A stretch of DNA of 32,000 nucleotides from positions 40,837 to 72,836 of the forward strand of contig JAPFEH010000005.1 of the NCBI GenBank assembly GCA_026169195.1. The letters run 5' to 3'. Below are positions 9,263 to 17,105 of the stretch, one piece after another. The notes below the pieces were generated by a model. The model had not been told where the DNA came from and made no database searches. It saw only the letters and a program-made list of their open reading frames with translations. The position numbers and the translations under genes were made by a program. Every line of letters begins with the position of its first letter. The first letter of the stretch is position 1. The DNA comes from Dysosmobacter sp. (lineage in GTDB: Bacteria; Bacillota; Clostridia; Oscillospirales; Oscillospiraceae).

Positions 9263-9682
9263 ATGAATCTTTATGAGGTGATCGCACTTCTCGCCCTGAT
9301 TGCCGCAGTCCTCTCTTCCCGCCGCTCTCCCCTGTGCAAAGCAGCCGCTCTGGTCGGCTTATTGGTTTCCAGCGCTGTGATCCGCCGGCTGCTGTCCAGC
9401 GGCACGCTTCCGGTGCGCGTTCTCCTTACCGGTTTGGGCACGCTGGCCATCTCCGCAGCTTTTTGGGCAGACTACCGCAAGGGACTGAATTCCACAGGAC
9501 TGCTGATCGTGTGTCCCCTGCTCTTTGGACTGCTGCCATTGGCGGGCCTGCTGCGGGTTCTGGTGTTCCGGCCCGACCAAATCCCTCATATGCGGGAAAA
9601 TCTGCTGATCTCCCTCTTCGTTTTCCCATCGGGCGTCTCCTGCGGGATCTGCCTGATCCAGACCCTGCGAAGAAAAGCTTGA
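9263..9682 (+). CDS. Hypothetical small membrane protein (about 4 TM)
   Basis: 139 aa, strongly hydrophobic with basic loops. GGAGG lies 9 nt upstream of the ATG. It sits between proA and proC. Confidence 0.55.
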   Translation: MNLYEVIALLALIAAVLSSRRSPLCKAAALVGLLVSSAVIRRLLSSGTLPVRVLLTGLGTLAISAAFWADYRKGLNSTGLLIVCPLLFGLLPLAGLLRVLVFRPDQIPHMRENLLISLFVFPSGVSCGICLIQTLRRKA

Positions 9683-9743
9683 TTCACAGGAGTCTCCCAT
9701 TCTCCATACAGACTTACTATTTTGAAAAAGGATCGTGATTGAC

Positions 9744-10544
9744 ATGGCAACGTTAGGATTTATCGGCACCGGCAACATGGGCGGCGCTCTGGCCCGCGCA
9801 GCCTGCAAAAGCATTCCCTGCGATCAGATTTTTCTCGCCAACCGCACCGCAGAAAAGGCCCGCGCACTGGCGGAAGAGCTGAACTGTTTCACAGCGGATA
9901 ATGAGGCCATTGCCGAAAGTGCCGACCTGATCTTTCTGGGCGTTAAGCCTCAGATGATGGAAGACCTGTTGGCTGAACTGCGGCCGGTTCTTGAAAAGCG
10001 GGAAAGCCGCTTTCTCCTGATCTCCATGGCTGCCGGTCTGACCATTCCGCGGATTCAGGAGATGGCAGGAAAGGAATATCCGGTGATCCGTATTATGCCC
10101 AACACCCCGTCCGCCATCGGCGAAGGTATGATATTTTATGATTGCAGCGCACAGGTCACCCCGCAGGAGACGCAGGTTTTCCTCACCTCTCTCTCCGGTG
10201 CCGGCCGGCTGGCCCCTCTGGCCGATCAGCTGATGGATGCCGGAAGCGCTGTGGCCGGCTGTGGCCCCGCCTTCGCAGATCTGTTTTTAGAAGCATTGGC
10301 GGACGGCGGCGTGGCCTGCGGTTTGCCGCGCGCTCTGGCCATGGAGAGTGCCGCCCAGATGATGATCGGCGCAGCAAAGCTGATGCTGGAAACCGGAAAA
10401 CACCCCGGTCAGCTGAAAGACGAGGTGTGCTCCCCCGGCGGTGCCACGATTCAAGGGATCCGTACGCTGGAAGAAGCCGGATTCCGCGGCGCTGTGATGG
10501 ATGCTGTCATCGCCGCTTGGGAAAAAAGCGTGGACCTCGGATAA
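9744..10544 (+). CDS. proC: Pyrroline-5-carboxylate reductase
   Basis: The GFIGTGNMGGAL Rossmann motif and the C-terminal SPGGATIQGI motif. ATG 9744 is preferred over GTG 9735 because of its spacing to AAAAAGGA. Confidence 0.9.
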   Translation: MATLGFIGTGNMGGALARAACKSIPCDQIFLANRTAEKARALAEELNCFTADNEAIAESADLIFLGVKPQMMEDLLAELRPVLEKRESRFLLISMAAGLTIPRIQEMAGKEYPVIRIMPNTPSAIGEGMIFYDCSAQVTPQETQVFLTSLSGAGRLAPLADQLMDAGSAVAGCGPAFADLFLEALADGGVACGLPRALAMESAAQMMIGAAKLMLETGKHPGQLKDEVCSPGGATIQGIRTLEEAGFRGAVMDAVIAAWEKSVDLG

Positions 10545-10575
10545 CGGATCTCCCCATTCCCGCTTCAAGAAAAAC

Positions 10576-10898
10576 AGCCGCGGCAATGCCGCGGCTCAGC
10601 GTGTCGAAAAAGCCTCGCAGAGTTCGCCGCCCGCAGGCGGCGAATCAAGTGAAATCATTTTCTGCCGCGGCGTGTACGTGGCAGAAAATACTTCTCACCC
10701 TGCAAGTGTGGAATTTGTCTGCCTGTGGCAGACAAATTATGCGCGCGGTAGGGTGCAGCCTTTTCGAAAAAGTGGCCGTAGCCACTTTTTCGACAGTCTC
10801 AGCTGCGGCAATGCCGCAGCTGTCAACGCATCCACCCATGTTCCATTTTCCGAAAAGCACGCGTCCGCAGGTTTCATCTGATGAGAAAACCTGCGGAC
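10576..10898. repeat. Cluster of seven perfect stem-loops in non-coding DNA (REP/MITE-like element or structured RNA)
   Basis: Listed as 5' arm / loop / 3' arm. H1 10576-10596: AGCCGCGGC/AAT/GCCGCGGCT. H2 10623-10644: TTCGCCGCC/CGCA/GGCGGCGAA. H3 10658-10688: TTTTCTGCC/13 nt/GGCAGAAAA. H4 10712-10738: AATTTGTCTGCC/TGT/GGCAGACAAATT. H5 10764-10793: TCGAAAAAGTGGC/CGTA/GCCACTTTTTCGA. H6 10800-10822: CAGCTGCGGC/AAT/GCCGCAGCTG. H7 10863-10898. Confidence 0.7.
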
Positions 10899-10907
10899 AC
10901 GTTTTTT
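10863..10907. terminator. Bidirectional intrinsic terminator (H7)
   Basis: GTCCGCAGGTTT (10863-10874) pairs with AAACCTGCGGAC (10887-10898), a 12-bp perfect stem. It is followed by T6 on the plus strand (10902-10907) and by GCGUGCUUUUCGG on the minus strand. It is placed to end the convergent XRE-module transcript. Confidence 0.7.
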
Positions 10908-10977
10908 CAGCGGGCGCTTTTTTATAGAGATGGCACAGACCTCTTTGTGCGCATTTCAGCGCCGCGTGGCTCTCCCC

Positions 10978-11175
10978 TCATTCTTCCACTGTGAAAATCT
11001 CTTCAATGGAAACATCGAAAACCGCGGCGATCCTCCATGCCAGCACCAGCGACGGATTATAACGGCCGTTTTCCAGATTTCCAATGGTCTCCCTCCGGAC
11101 TCCCACCAGTTTTGCCAGCTCTTCCTGCTTCATGTTCCGCTTTGCCCGGTATTCCCGAATCCGGTTTTTAATCAT
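10978..11175 (-). CDS. XRE/Cro-type helix-turn-helix transcriptional regulator (65 aa)
   Basis: MIKNRIREYRAKRNMKQEELAKLVGVRRETIGNLENGRYNPSL is a classic short HTH_3 pattern. Its start overlaps the stop of the upstream membrane ORF by 8 nt. Confidence 0.85.
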   Translation of the reverse strand: MIKNRIREYRAKRNMKQEELAKLVGVRRETIGNLENGRYNPSLVLAWRIAAVFDVSIEEIFTVEE

Positions 11176-11527
11176 ATCCCGCTCCTTGCTGTTCCTTTCT
11201 CTCCAAAATCAGCAGCGCCGCGGAAAATACCAGAATGGCAGCGGCAAAACTCAATCCAAACGCTGTCGGCACGGCTTCCGCAGCACCAAGCAGGCAGGAA
11301 CCGGCAAACAAAAAGGGAATCAACAGCAGCATTTCTGCCATAAAGGCGATGGTAGCTGCCTTTTGCACATGAAATCGAAACAATTCATCCGGAACCACCC
11401 AAAAATACCGAATATAATACACAAATCCAAAAAATCCGAACACTCCCGTATTCTCTGTTGTCCACCCCAAAATCCCAATCAAGGCCAGCAGCGAAAGAAG
11501 CCCCAGATAGTTGATTCTGTGCAGCAT
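11168..11527 (-). CDS. Small membrane protein (about 4 TM) partnered with the XRE regulator; possibly DUF3796-like
   Basis: The start is taken at MLHRINYLGLLSLLALIGILGW (ATG 11527, AAGGAG upstream) rather than 11608. The protein is hydrophobic throughout and translationally coupled to the XRE gene. Confidence 0.65.
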   Translation of the reverse strand: MLHRINYLGLLSLLALIGILGWTTENTGVFGFFGFVYYIRYFWVVPDELFRFHVQKAATIAFMAEMLLLIPFLFAGSCLLGAAEAVPTAFGLSFAAAILVFSAALLILERKEQQGAGYD

Positions 11528-11569
11528 GAAATCCACTCCTTTGTGATATTTTTCGCTCTTTATGATAGA

Positions 11570-11598
11570 AATATACCACACTGTGCACCTGCTGTCAA
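11570..11598 (-). promoter_or_regulatory. Sigma-A-type promoter of the membrane/XRE module
   Basis: On the minus strand, TTGACA (11598..11593), a 17-nt spacer, then TATATT (11575..11570). Confidence 0.5.
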
Positions 11599-11605
11599 TC
11601 AGCGT

Positions 11606-11639
11606 CAAAAAAAGGAGCGGAGCCTTACGGCTCCGCTTC
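11606..11639 (-). terminator. Intrinsic terminator after the cytidylate-kinase-like gene
   Basis: On the minus strand, AGCGGAGCC-GUAA-GGCUCCGCU is followed by CCUUUUUUUG. Confidence 0.75.
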
Positions 11640-11657
11640 TTTCCAATAGACCGCGGA

Positions 11658-12314
11658 TCAATCCTTTGGACGTGTCGGATCTTCTTCCGTGGGGCTGGGA
11701 ATCGGGTGCTCTTTGTGCTCCACCATGGCCCGAATCAATTCCACCGTGCCGCCCAATCCCAGATAGCTGGAATCCAGACAGAAATCATAGCTGTCCACTG
11801 CGCCCCATTTTTGAGAAGAATAATACTCATAGTAGGACGCGCGGCGTTTGTCCGTCTTGACGATCAGCTTTCTGGCTTCCTCCGGAGTGATGTTCTGACG
11901 CTTTGCCACCCGCTGAATCCGGACATCCATCGGTGCGTGGATAAAAAGGCTCAGATGGTTCGGGTCATCCGCCAGCGCATAATCCGCGCAGCGTCCAATG
12001 ATTACGCAAGGTCCCTGCGCGGCAATGTGCCGAATGGTATCAAACGTGGCAAGATACACCTGCTGTTCCAGAGACTCACCGGCGCCGGTCCCCGGCAATG
12101 CAAACATATAGGAATCCATCGCAATGGAATACAGCAGACTCTTGGGCCGCTCATCGAAATTTTCAAAGATTTTTTCACACAGACCGCTTTTTTTAGCTGC
12201 CTCCTGCAAAAGCTCCTTATCATAGAACGGGATCCCCAGCTCCTTGGCAACACGAATTCCCACTTCCTTGCCGCCGCTGCCAAACTGCCGCCCGATTGTA
12301 AGAATGGTTTTCAT
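11658..12314 (-). CDS. Cytidylate kinase-like family protein (P-loop NMP-kinase fold)
   Basis: MKTILTIGRQFGSGGKEVGIRVAKELGIPFYDKELL is the typical N-terminus of the clostridial 'cytidylate kinase-like' family. GAGGAGG RBS. Confidence 0.75.
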   Translation of the reverse strand: MKTILTIGRQFGSGGKEVGIRVAKELGIPFYDKELLQEAAKKSGLCEKIFENFDERPKSLLYSIAMDSYMFALPGTGAGESLEQQVYLATFDTIRHIAAQGPCVIIGRCADYALADDPNHLSLFIHAPMDVRIQRVAKRQNITPEEARKLIVKTDKRRASYYEYYSSQKWGAVDSYDFCLDSSYLGLGGTVELIRAMVEHKEHPIPSPTEEDPTRPKD

Positions 12315-12343
12315 AGAGAATTCCTCCTCTCTTTGATGCTGTT

Positions 12344-12372
12344 ATTATATCGCATTTCGCGCCAATCGTCAA
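12344..12372 (-). promoter_or_regulatory. Sigma-A-type promoter of the cytidylate-kinase-like gene
   Basis: On the minus strand, TTGACG (12372..12367), a 17-nt spacer, then TATAAT (12349..12344). Confidence 0.5.
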
Positions 12373-12497
12373 ACGAAAACCGAAAACGGGGTCCGGCTAT
12401 TCCCGCCCCTTCCCAATGCGGCTGCGCAGCAAGGCGGCAGTGGAAAGCTCGAGGCTCTCCCCCTCAATTCTCTAAAAAAGAAATGTAATATTTGCTC

Positions 12498-12535
12498 TTG
12501 ACTTAAATATTATTTATGCTATACTTAATATTATT
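12498..12535 (+). promoter_or_regulatory. Extended -10 promoter with flanking AATATTATT direct repeats
   Basis: TTGACT (12498-12503), a 16-nt spacer, then TGcTATACT (12517-12525). AATATTATT occurs at 12506-12514 and 12527-12535, 21 nt apart, bracketing the -10. Confidence 0.6.
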
Positions 12536-12555
12536 AAAGACAAACAGAAAGGAGT

Positions 12556-12858
12556 ATGAAATTGGAGCTGGATAAAATCCCTCAGTGGATCCTTTCCTTA
12601 GAGCCGGAGGACGCAGAATTCATAAAAAACTTCGTGCTGAAGTCTGGGTCTTTGAAAGAGATCGCAAAGCTGTATGAGGTTTCTTACCCCACTGTCCGGC
12701 TGCGGCTGGACAAGCTGATCCAGAAAATCGAGATCAGCGACCGAAAAGAGGACGAGCCATTTTCCGCCTTCATCAAGGGGCTTGCGGTTGACGCCCGCAT
12801 TGATCTGGAAACCGCAAAAATCATCATCGACAAATATAAGCAGGAAAGGGAGAACTGA
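12556..12858 (+). CDS. Small HTH protein, DUF2089-like C-terminal half (no N-terminal zinc ribbon)
   Basis: LSLEPEDAEFIKNFVLKSGSLKEIAKLYEVSYPTVRLRLDKLIQKI matches the HTH half of DUF2089 proteins from memory. AAAGGAG RBS. GC is lower than in the neighbouring genes. Confidence 0.65.
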   Translation: MKLELDKIPQWILSLEPEDAEFIKNFVLKSGSLKEIAKLYEVSYPTVRLRLDKLIQKIEISDRKEDEPFSAFIKGLAVDARIDLETAKIIIDKYKQEREN

Positions 12859-12860
12859 GT

Positions 12861-13157
12861 ATGCTGTCAAACATTCTTTGGACGATTGTCTCGATTGCCG
12901 TCACACTCACAATATATAGCGCACAAAAGTATTTAAGCACGAGGAAAAACTGGAGATTCGGTGTGATTGTCCCGCTTCTTTCCATCGCAGTTATGGTTAT
13001 CGTGTACTTCTGCACTGCGCAGGTTTTGAGTCTTGTCCAATTGGGTATTCCATGTGCATTGCTTCTCTCTATGGAAATCCTGATCTGGGCAGACGGACGG
13101 CGGCAGTATCGCAATGAGGAGCTTATACGCATGAAAGCAAAGGACCTTGTATCATAG
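12861..13157 (+). CDS. Small membrane protein (about 3 TM), co-transcribed with the DUF2089-like gene
   Basis: 98 aa and hydrophobic. The ATG lies 2 nt after the upstream stop, with GGGAGAA upstream. Confidence 0.6.
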   Translation: MLSNILWTIVSIAVTLTIYSAQKYLSTRKNWRFGVIVPLLSIAVMVIVYFCTAQVLSLVQLGIPCALLLSMEILIWADGRRQYRNEELIRMKAKDLVS

Positions 13158-13235
13158 CAGGTGCGCCAGCGGGCAGCAGCATGGACTGCTGCCCGTTCCC
13201 ATGCAAAAAACGGCAGGGCAGTGCCCGCCGCGCAG

Positions 13236-13269
13236 GAAAAGCAGCGCAGCCGCGGTGCGGCTGCGCTGC
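13236..13269 (-). terminator. Intrinsic terminator of the three-subunit Mo-hydroxylase operon
   Basis: GCAGCGCAGCCGC (13241-13253), a GGT loop, then GCGGCTGCGCTGC (13257-13269), a 13-bp perfect stem. The minus-strand reading is followed by UUUUCC. Confidence 0.65.
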
Positions 13270-13289
13270 CCAAGCTGACAACGTTTGTT

Positions 13290-13799
13290 TTATTCCGCCG
13301 GCATCGGCTTGCCCAGCCGCCGGTACATGGTCGTTTTCACAGCCCGAAGAATGTTTTCATAGCCGGTACAGCGGCACAGGTGCCCGGAAAGGAGTTTTCT
13401 CAGTTCCTCATCCGTATATTCCTGACCGCTTTCCAGAATCTCCACCGCCGTCAAAACAAAGCCGGGCGTACAAAATCCGCACTGGATCGCCGCTTCGTCC
13501 ACAAATGCCTGCTGAATATCGCTCAATTCACCGTTGGGGCCCAGCAGCCCCTCCAGCGTCCGGATGTTCTTTCCCTCTGCCCAGACCGCCAGATAAATGC
13601 AGGAATTGAACGCCTTGCCGTCAATGAGAACGGTGCAGGCTCCGCACTCCCCTACCTCGCAGCCTTTTTTGACAGAAGTCATGCGGTAGTCTTCCCGCAG
13701 CATATCCGTCAAGCTGGCTCTTACATCTACGGTCCGCTCCGTGTCTTTTCCATTCAAATTAAAATGGACTGTCTGATATTGGATCACATGATTCTCCAT
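13290..13799 (-). CDS. Xanthine-dehydrogenase-family small subunit, 2x[2Fe-2S] (XdhC(Ec)/CoxS-like)
   Basis: CEVGECGACTV, QCGFCTPG and CRCTGY cysteine motifs. Its ATG overlaps the stop of the FAD subunit (TAATG). Confidence 0.9.
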   Translation of the reverse strand: MENHVIQYQTVHFNLNGKDTERTVDVRASLTDMLREDYRMTSVKKGCEVGECGACTVLIDGKAFNSCIYLAVWAEGKNIRTLEGLLGPNGELSDIQQAFVDEAAIQCGFCTPGFVLTAVEILESGQEYTDEELRKLLSGHLCRCTGYENILRAVKTTMYRRLGKPMPAE

Positions 13800-14680
13800 T
13801 ACAAGACACCTCCCGCCAGCTTTACAGATTCCAAAAAGGCCCGTTTGGCACTTTCCACCGCAATGTGCATCCGGAAATCCTTGGCAGCCCGCCAGGAATC
13901 TCTGGGATTGATATCTGCCTTTACCGCTTGCGCAAAGGTCTCTGCCAGCTGCAAACTCACCGGCTGACCGGCCGCCGCCTGTTCCGCAGTCTCTGCCCGC
14001 AGCGGGACCGGTCCGGCCACGCCAAAGGCCACTCTGGCCCGCTCCACGGTCTTTTTGTCTGCAGAAAGCCGCACATTGACAGATGTTCCCAGCGTGGCAA
14101 TATCCATCGCATTGCGCATGGCATATTTGATGTAATGGCCGAAGGTACGCTCATAGCTATCCTTTGGAATCAGGATCGCGGTCTGGATCTCTCCCTCCCG
14201 CAAATCCACCTTGCCGGCCTTGATGTAAAATTCACCGATCGGCTGGCGGCGGACACCGTCCGGCCCTGTCAGCTCTACGATGGCATCGTAGGCGAAAAGG
14301 GTAGACGCCGAATCGGCTGAGGTTACACCATTGCAGGTGTTGCCGCCGATGGTACCGATATTGCGGATCTGCGGTCCGCCCACCTGATCTACCGCTTCCC
14401 CCAGCACGTTGAGATGCTTCCGGATCAGCGGATCTCTGGTAATATGCGAAAAACTGGTAAGCGATCCGATCCGCAGCGTTCCGTCCGCCTCCATGGACAC
14501 GCCGCGCAGTTCGTCAAGACCCTGAATGGAAATCAGTTCCACACCGGCCCGCTTTCCCTCCCGCATCTGCACCAGCACGTCAGAACCGCCGGCGATGATA
14601 TGGGCTTCCGGATGGGCCAAACGGAGGGCCACAGCCTCAGCCACCGTCCCGGCCTGATACAATGCTTTCAAGTCATACAT
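13799..14680 (-). CDS. Xanthine-dehydrogenase-family FAD-binding subunit (XdhB/CoxM-like)
   Basis: 293 aa with IIAGGSDVLVQM and the IGGN FAD_binding_5 pattern. AAGGAGGG RBS. Confidence 0.9.
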   Translation of the reverse strand: MYDLKALYQAGTVAEAVALRLAHPEAHIIAGGSDVLVQMREGKRAGVELISIQGLDELRGVSMEADGTLRIGSLTSFSHITRDPLIRKHLNVLGEAVDQVGGPQIRNIGTIGGNTCNGVTSADSASTLFAYDAIVELTGPDGVRRQPIGEFYIKAGKVDLREGEIQTAILIPKDSYERTFGHYIKYAMRNAMDIATLGTSVNVRLSADKKTVERARVAFGVAGPVPLRAETAEQAAAGQPVSLQLAETFAQAVKADINPRDSWRAAKDFRMHIAVESAKRAFLESVKLAGGVL

Positions 14681-14695
14681 CAGTGGTTCCCTCCT

Positions 14696-16990
14696 TTAAT
14701 CTTCCAGCAATCCCGCGGCTTTGAACTTCTCATAAAGGACATGCGGCGTAATGGGACAGCTGTCAACCGCAACCCCCGTGGCATGCAAAATCGCATTGCG
14801 GATCGCCGGTGCCGGTGAGCAAGCCGGCGGCTCTCCCAGCGCCTTCGTTCCATAAGGAGAGGTCGGTTCCGGATTTTCCACAAACCGGGCTTCCAGCCGC
14901 GGATGGTCCATGATCGTAGACAGCTTATAATCCAGCAGGTTGTTATTCAGCGGACGTCCGGTCTTTTCGTCAAACAGCAGCTGCTCACTGAGCCCGTAAC
15001 CGATGCCCATGGACATACCGCCATGGACCTGTGCTTCCGCCAGCGCGGGGTTGATCAGCGTGCCGCAGTCGTGGACATTCACAAGATTCAAAAGCGTTAC
15101 CTTACACATGGGGATATCCACTTCCACCTCGGCAAAGGAGCAGCCGAAGGAATAGGCGTTGGACTTGATCTGCGCCGTGGTCTCTGCCGTGATATGCCGG
15201 CTGTTTTCCATGGAGTAAAGCGCTTCCGTCGCCAGCTCCCCCAGCGATTTCAAGACACGTCCGTCCGACTTCCGGACGATCCGCCCGTCTACCAGATCCA
15301 GATTGGATACCGGCATTCGGGTCTGATCATGTGCGATGTTCAAAATCCGCTCCCGCAGGGCCTTTGCGGTCTGCATAATGGAAAATCCGCCGATGTACGT
15401 CTGACGAGAGGCATACGCTCCGGTTCCGAAGGGCGTCACATCCGTATCCTGTGTCGAGATCACATGGACATCCTCCAGCGGGATCCCCACTGCATCTGCC
15501 ACCATCTGGGAGTACGCCGTGTCACAGCCCTGCCCGATTTCCGTCTCGCCGGTCTGGAACTGGAGAGAGCCGTCCTGATTGACCACCATGCGGCAGGAGG
15601 AGGACTCCAGCGAAATGGGCCACACTGCGGTATTATACCAGAAAACCGCCACTCCCACGCCCCGCCGGACCGGACCGGTCTGGTTCCGGTACGCCCGGTA
15701 TTTCTCCGGATAACCGAGGACCTCCATCCCCTTTTCCATGCACTGGCAAAACGTGTCGCTATACAGCTCATTCTTGGAAAAGGCGTCCTGATAGCCAACC
15801 GGCATCAGATTTTTGCGGCGGAATTCTACCGGCTCCATCCCCAGCCGATTGCAAATATCATCAATGTGGCACTCCCCTGCCCACATCGCCTGAGGAATGC
15901 CATAGCCGCGCATGGCGCCGGCCGCAGGCCGGTTGGTGAAAACAGACCAGCAGTCACACTCTACATTCTCACAGGGATACAGCTGCGGGAACGCCCCCAT
16001 ACCCTTGGCTACAACGCCGTGGCCGTGGGAGGCATAGGCTCCCTGATTGGAAAACGCTTCAAACTTCCGCGCCACCAAGGTACCGTCAGGCCGGACATAG
16101 GAAATGATGTGGGTACGGATCGCATGACGGACCCGGTTGGAAACAAACGTCTCCTCACGGCTGCACTCCAGCTTCACAAGACGTCCGCCCACCATGGTGG
16201 AGCACCATGCGCACAGCGGCTCATACAGCGCGTCCTGCTTATTGCCGAAGCCCCCGCCGATGTACGGCTTCACCAGCCGGACCTTTCCCCAAGGAATCCC
16301 CAGCGCCTGCCCCACCACACGACGAACGATATGGGGGATCTGCGTGGAACTGACCACCACGATCCGGCCGGCTTCCATATAGGCATAGCAGCCATGATTT
16401 TCGATGTGACAGTGCTGGACCGTGGGGGTATCGTACCATCCCTCTATCCGGATCAGCCCCGGCTCCTGACGGGCTTTTTCATAATCGCCTTTGCGGATAT
16501 CCGTATGCTTGAGGATATTGCCGGGATATTCCTCATGAATCTGCGGGGCATCCGGCTCCATGGCCTTTTGCACATCCAGCACAAACGGCAGTTCCTCATA
16601 TTCCACCTTCAGCGCCCGAACACCCTGCGCGGCAGCCACTTCGTTTTCCGCAATGACAACTGCCACTTCATCACCGTAATAGCGGACGTGCCGGTTCAGC
16701 AGCAGCCGATCCGCCACATCCTGATGATCGGGATCCGTGGACCACGGATGCCCCGCCGTTGGAAAGGGGATATCCGGCACATCGAAGCAGGTCAATACCC
16801 GCACGACACCCGGAATGGCCTCTGCCGCAGTGGTGTCAATGGACTTCACAAAGCCGTGGGCAATGGTAGAGTGACAGATTTTGACCAGAAGGGCGCTGCG
16901 GTCACAAAGATCGTCCATATACTTTGCCCGGCCGGTGACTTTCTCATAGGCATCCACTCTGGTAACGCTTTTTCCGACGCTCTTGCTCAT
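14696..16990 (-). CDS. Xanthine-dehydrogenase-family molybdopterin-binding large subunit (XdhA/CoxL-like); substrate not assignable
   Basis: 764 aa with the N-terminal VGKSVTRVDAYEKVTGRAKY pattern, GGGFGNK and a C-terminal GE..(P/A) region. The subunit sizes of 764/293/169 aa mirror E. coli XdhABC. Confidence 0.9.
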   Translation of the reverse strand: MSKSVGKSVTRVDAYEKVTGRAKYMDDLCDRSALLVKICHSTIAHGFVKSIDTTAAEAIPGVVRVLTCFDVPDIPFPTAGHPWSTDPDHQDVADRLLLNRHVRYYGDEVAVVIAENEVAAAQGVRALKVEYEELPFVLDVQKAMEPDAPQIHEEYPGNILKHTDIRKGDYEKARQEPGLIRIEGWYDTPTVQHCHIENHGCYAYMEAGRIVVVSSTQIPHIVRRVVGQALGIPWGKVRLVKPYIGGGFGNKQDALYEPLCAWCSTMVGGRLVKLECSREETFVSNRVRHAIRTHIISYVRPDGTLVARKFEAFSNQGAYASHGHGVVAKGMGAFPQLYPCENVECDCWSVFTNRPAAGAMRGYGIPQAMWAGECHIDDICNRLGMEPVEFRRKNLMPVGYQDAFSKNELYSDTFCQCMEKGMEVLGYPEKYRAYRNQTGPVRRGVGVAVFWYNTAVWPISLESSSCRMVVNQDGSLQFQTGETEIGQGCDTAYSQMVADAVGIPLEDVHVISTQDTDVTPFGTGAYASRQTYIGGFSIMQTAKALRERILNIAHDQTRMPVSNLDLVDGRIVRKSDGRVLKSLGELATEALYSMENSRHITAETTAQIKSNAYSFGCSFAEVEVDIPMCKVTLLNLVNVHDCGTLINPALAEAQVHGGMSMGIGYGLSEQLLFDEKTGRPLNNNLLDYKLSTIMDHPRLEARFVENPEPTSPYGTKALGEPPACSPAPAIRNAILHATGVAVDSCPITPHVLYEKFKAAGLLED

Positions 16991-17105
16991 ATGGCATACC
17001 TCCAGTTCATTGAAGCTCAGGCCCCATCCTCCAGAGCCAGTCTTTCAGGGTTCCATCAGCAAAATGACACAAAATAACTTGAAAATCATTTTCTATTTGT
17101 AATAG

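Noticed and set aside
10571-10907. The hairpin cluster as a CRISPR array
   Set aside because: The stems all differ in sequence except H1/H6. Spacing is irregular, there are no identical direct repeats of 24-40 nt and no cas genes.
10142-10927. A 261-aa plus-strand ORF spanning the 3' half of proC and the hairpin region; also the 71-aa ORF at 10645-10860(-)
   Set aside because: The 261-aa ORF is out of frame with proC, extremely Arg-rich and lacks an RBS. The reading frames are held open by GC-rich palindromes.
13171-13194. The GGGCAGCAG-CATGGA-CTGCTGCCC hairpin as the terminator of the 12861-13157 gene
   Set aside because: No U-tract follows it on either strand. It may contribute to termination, but I cannot support calling it. 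The nearby hairpin at 13241-13269 is the better terminator.
14903-17077. A 724-aa ORF on the plus strand
   Set aside because: It is antisense to the Mo-binding large subunit. It has no recognisable domains and the composition is artefactual.
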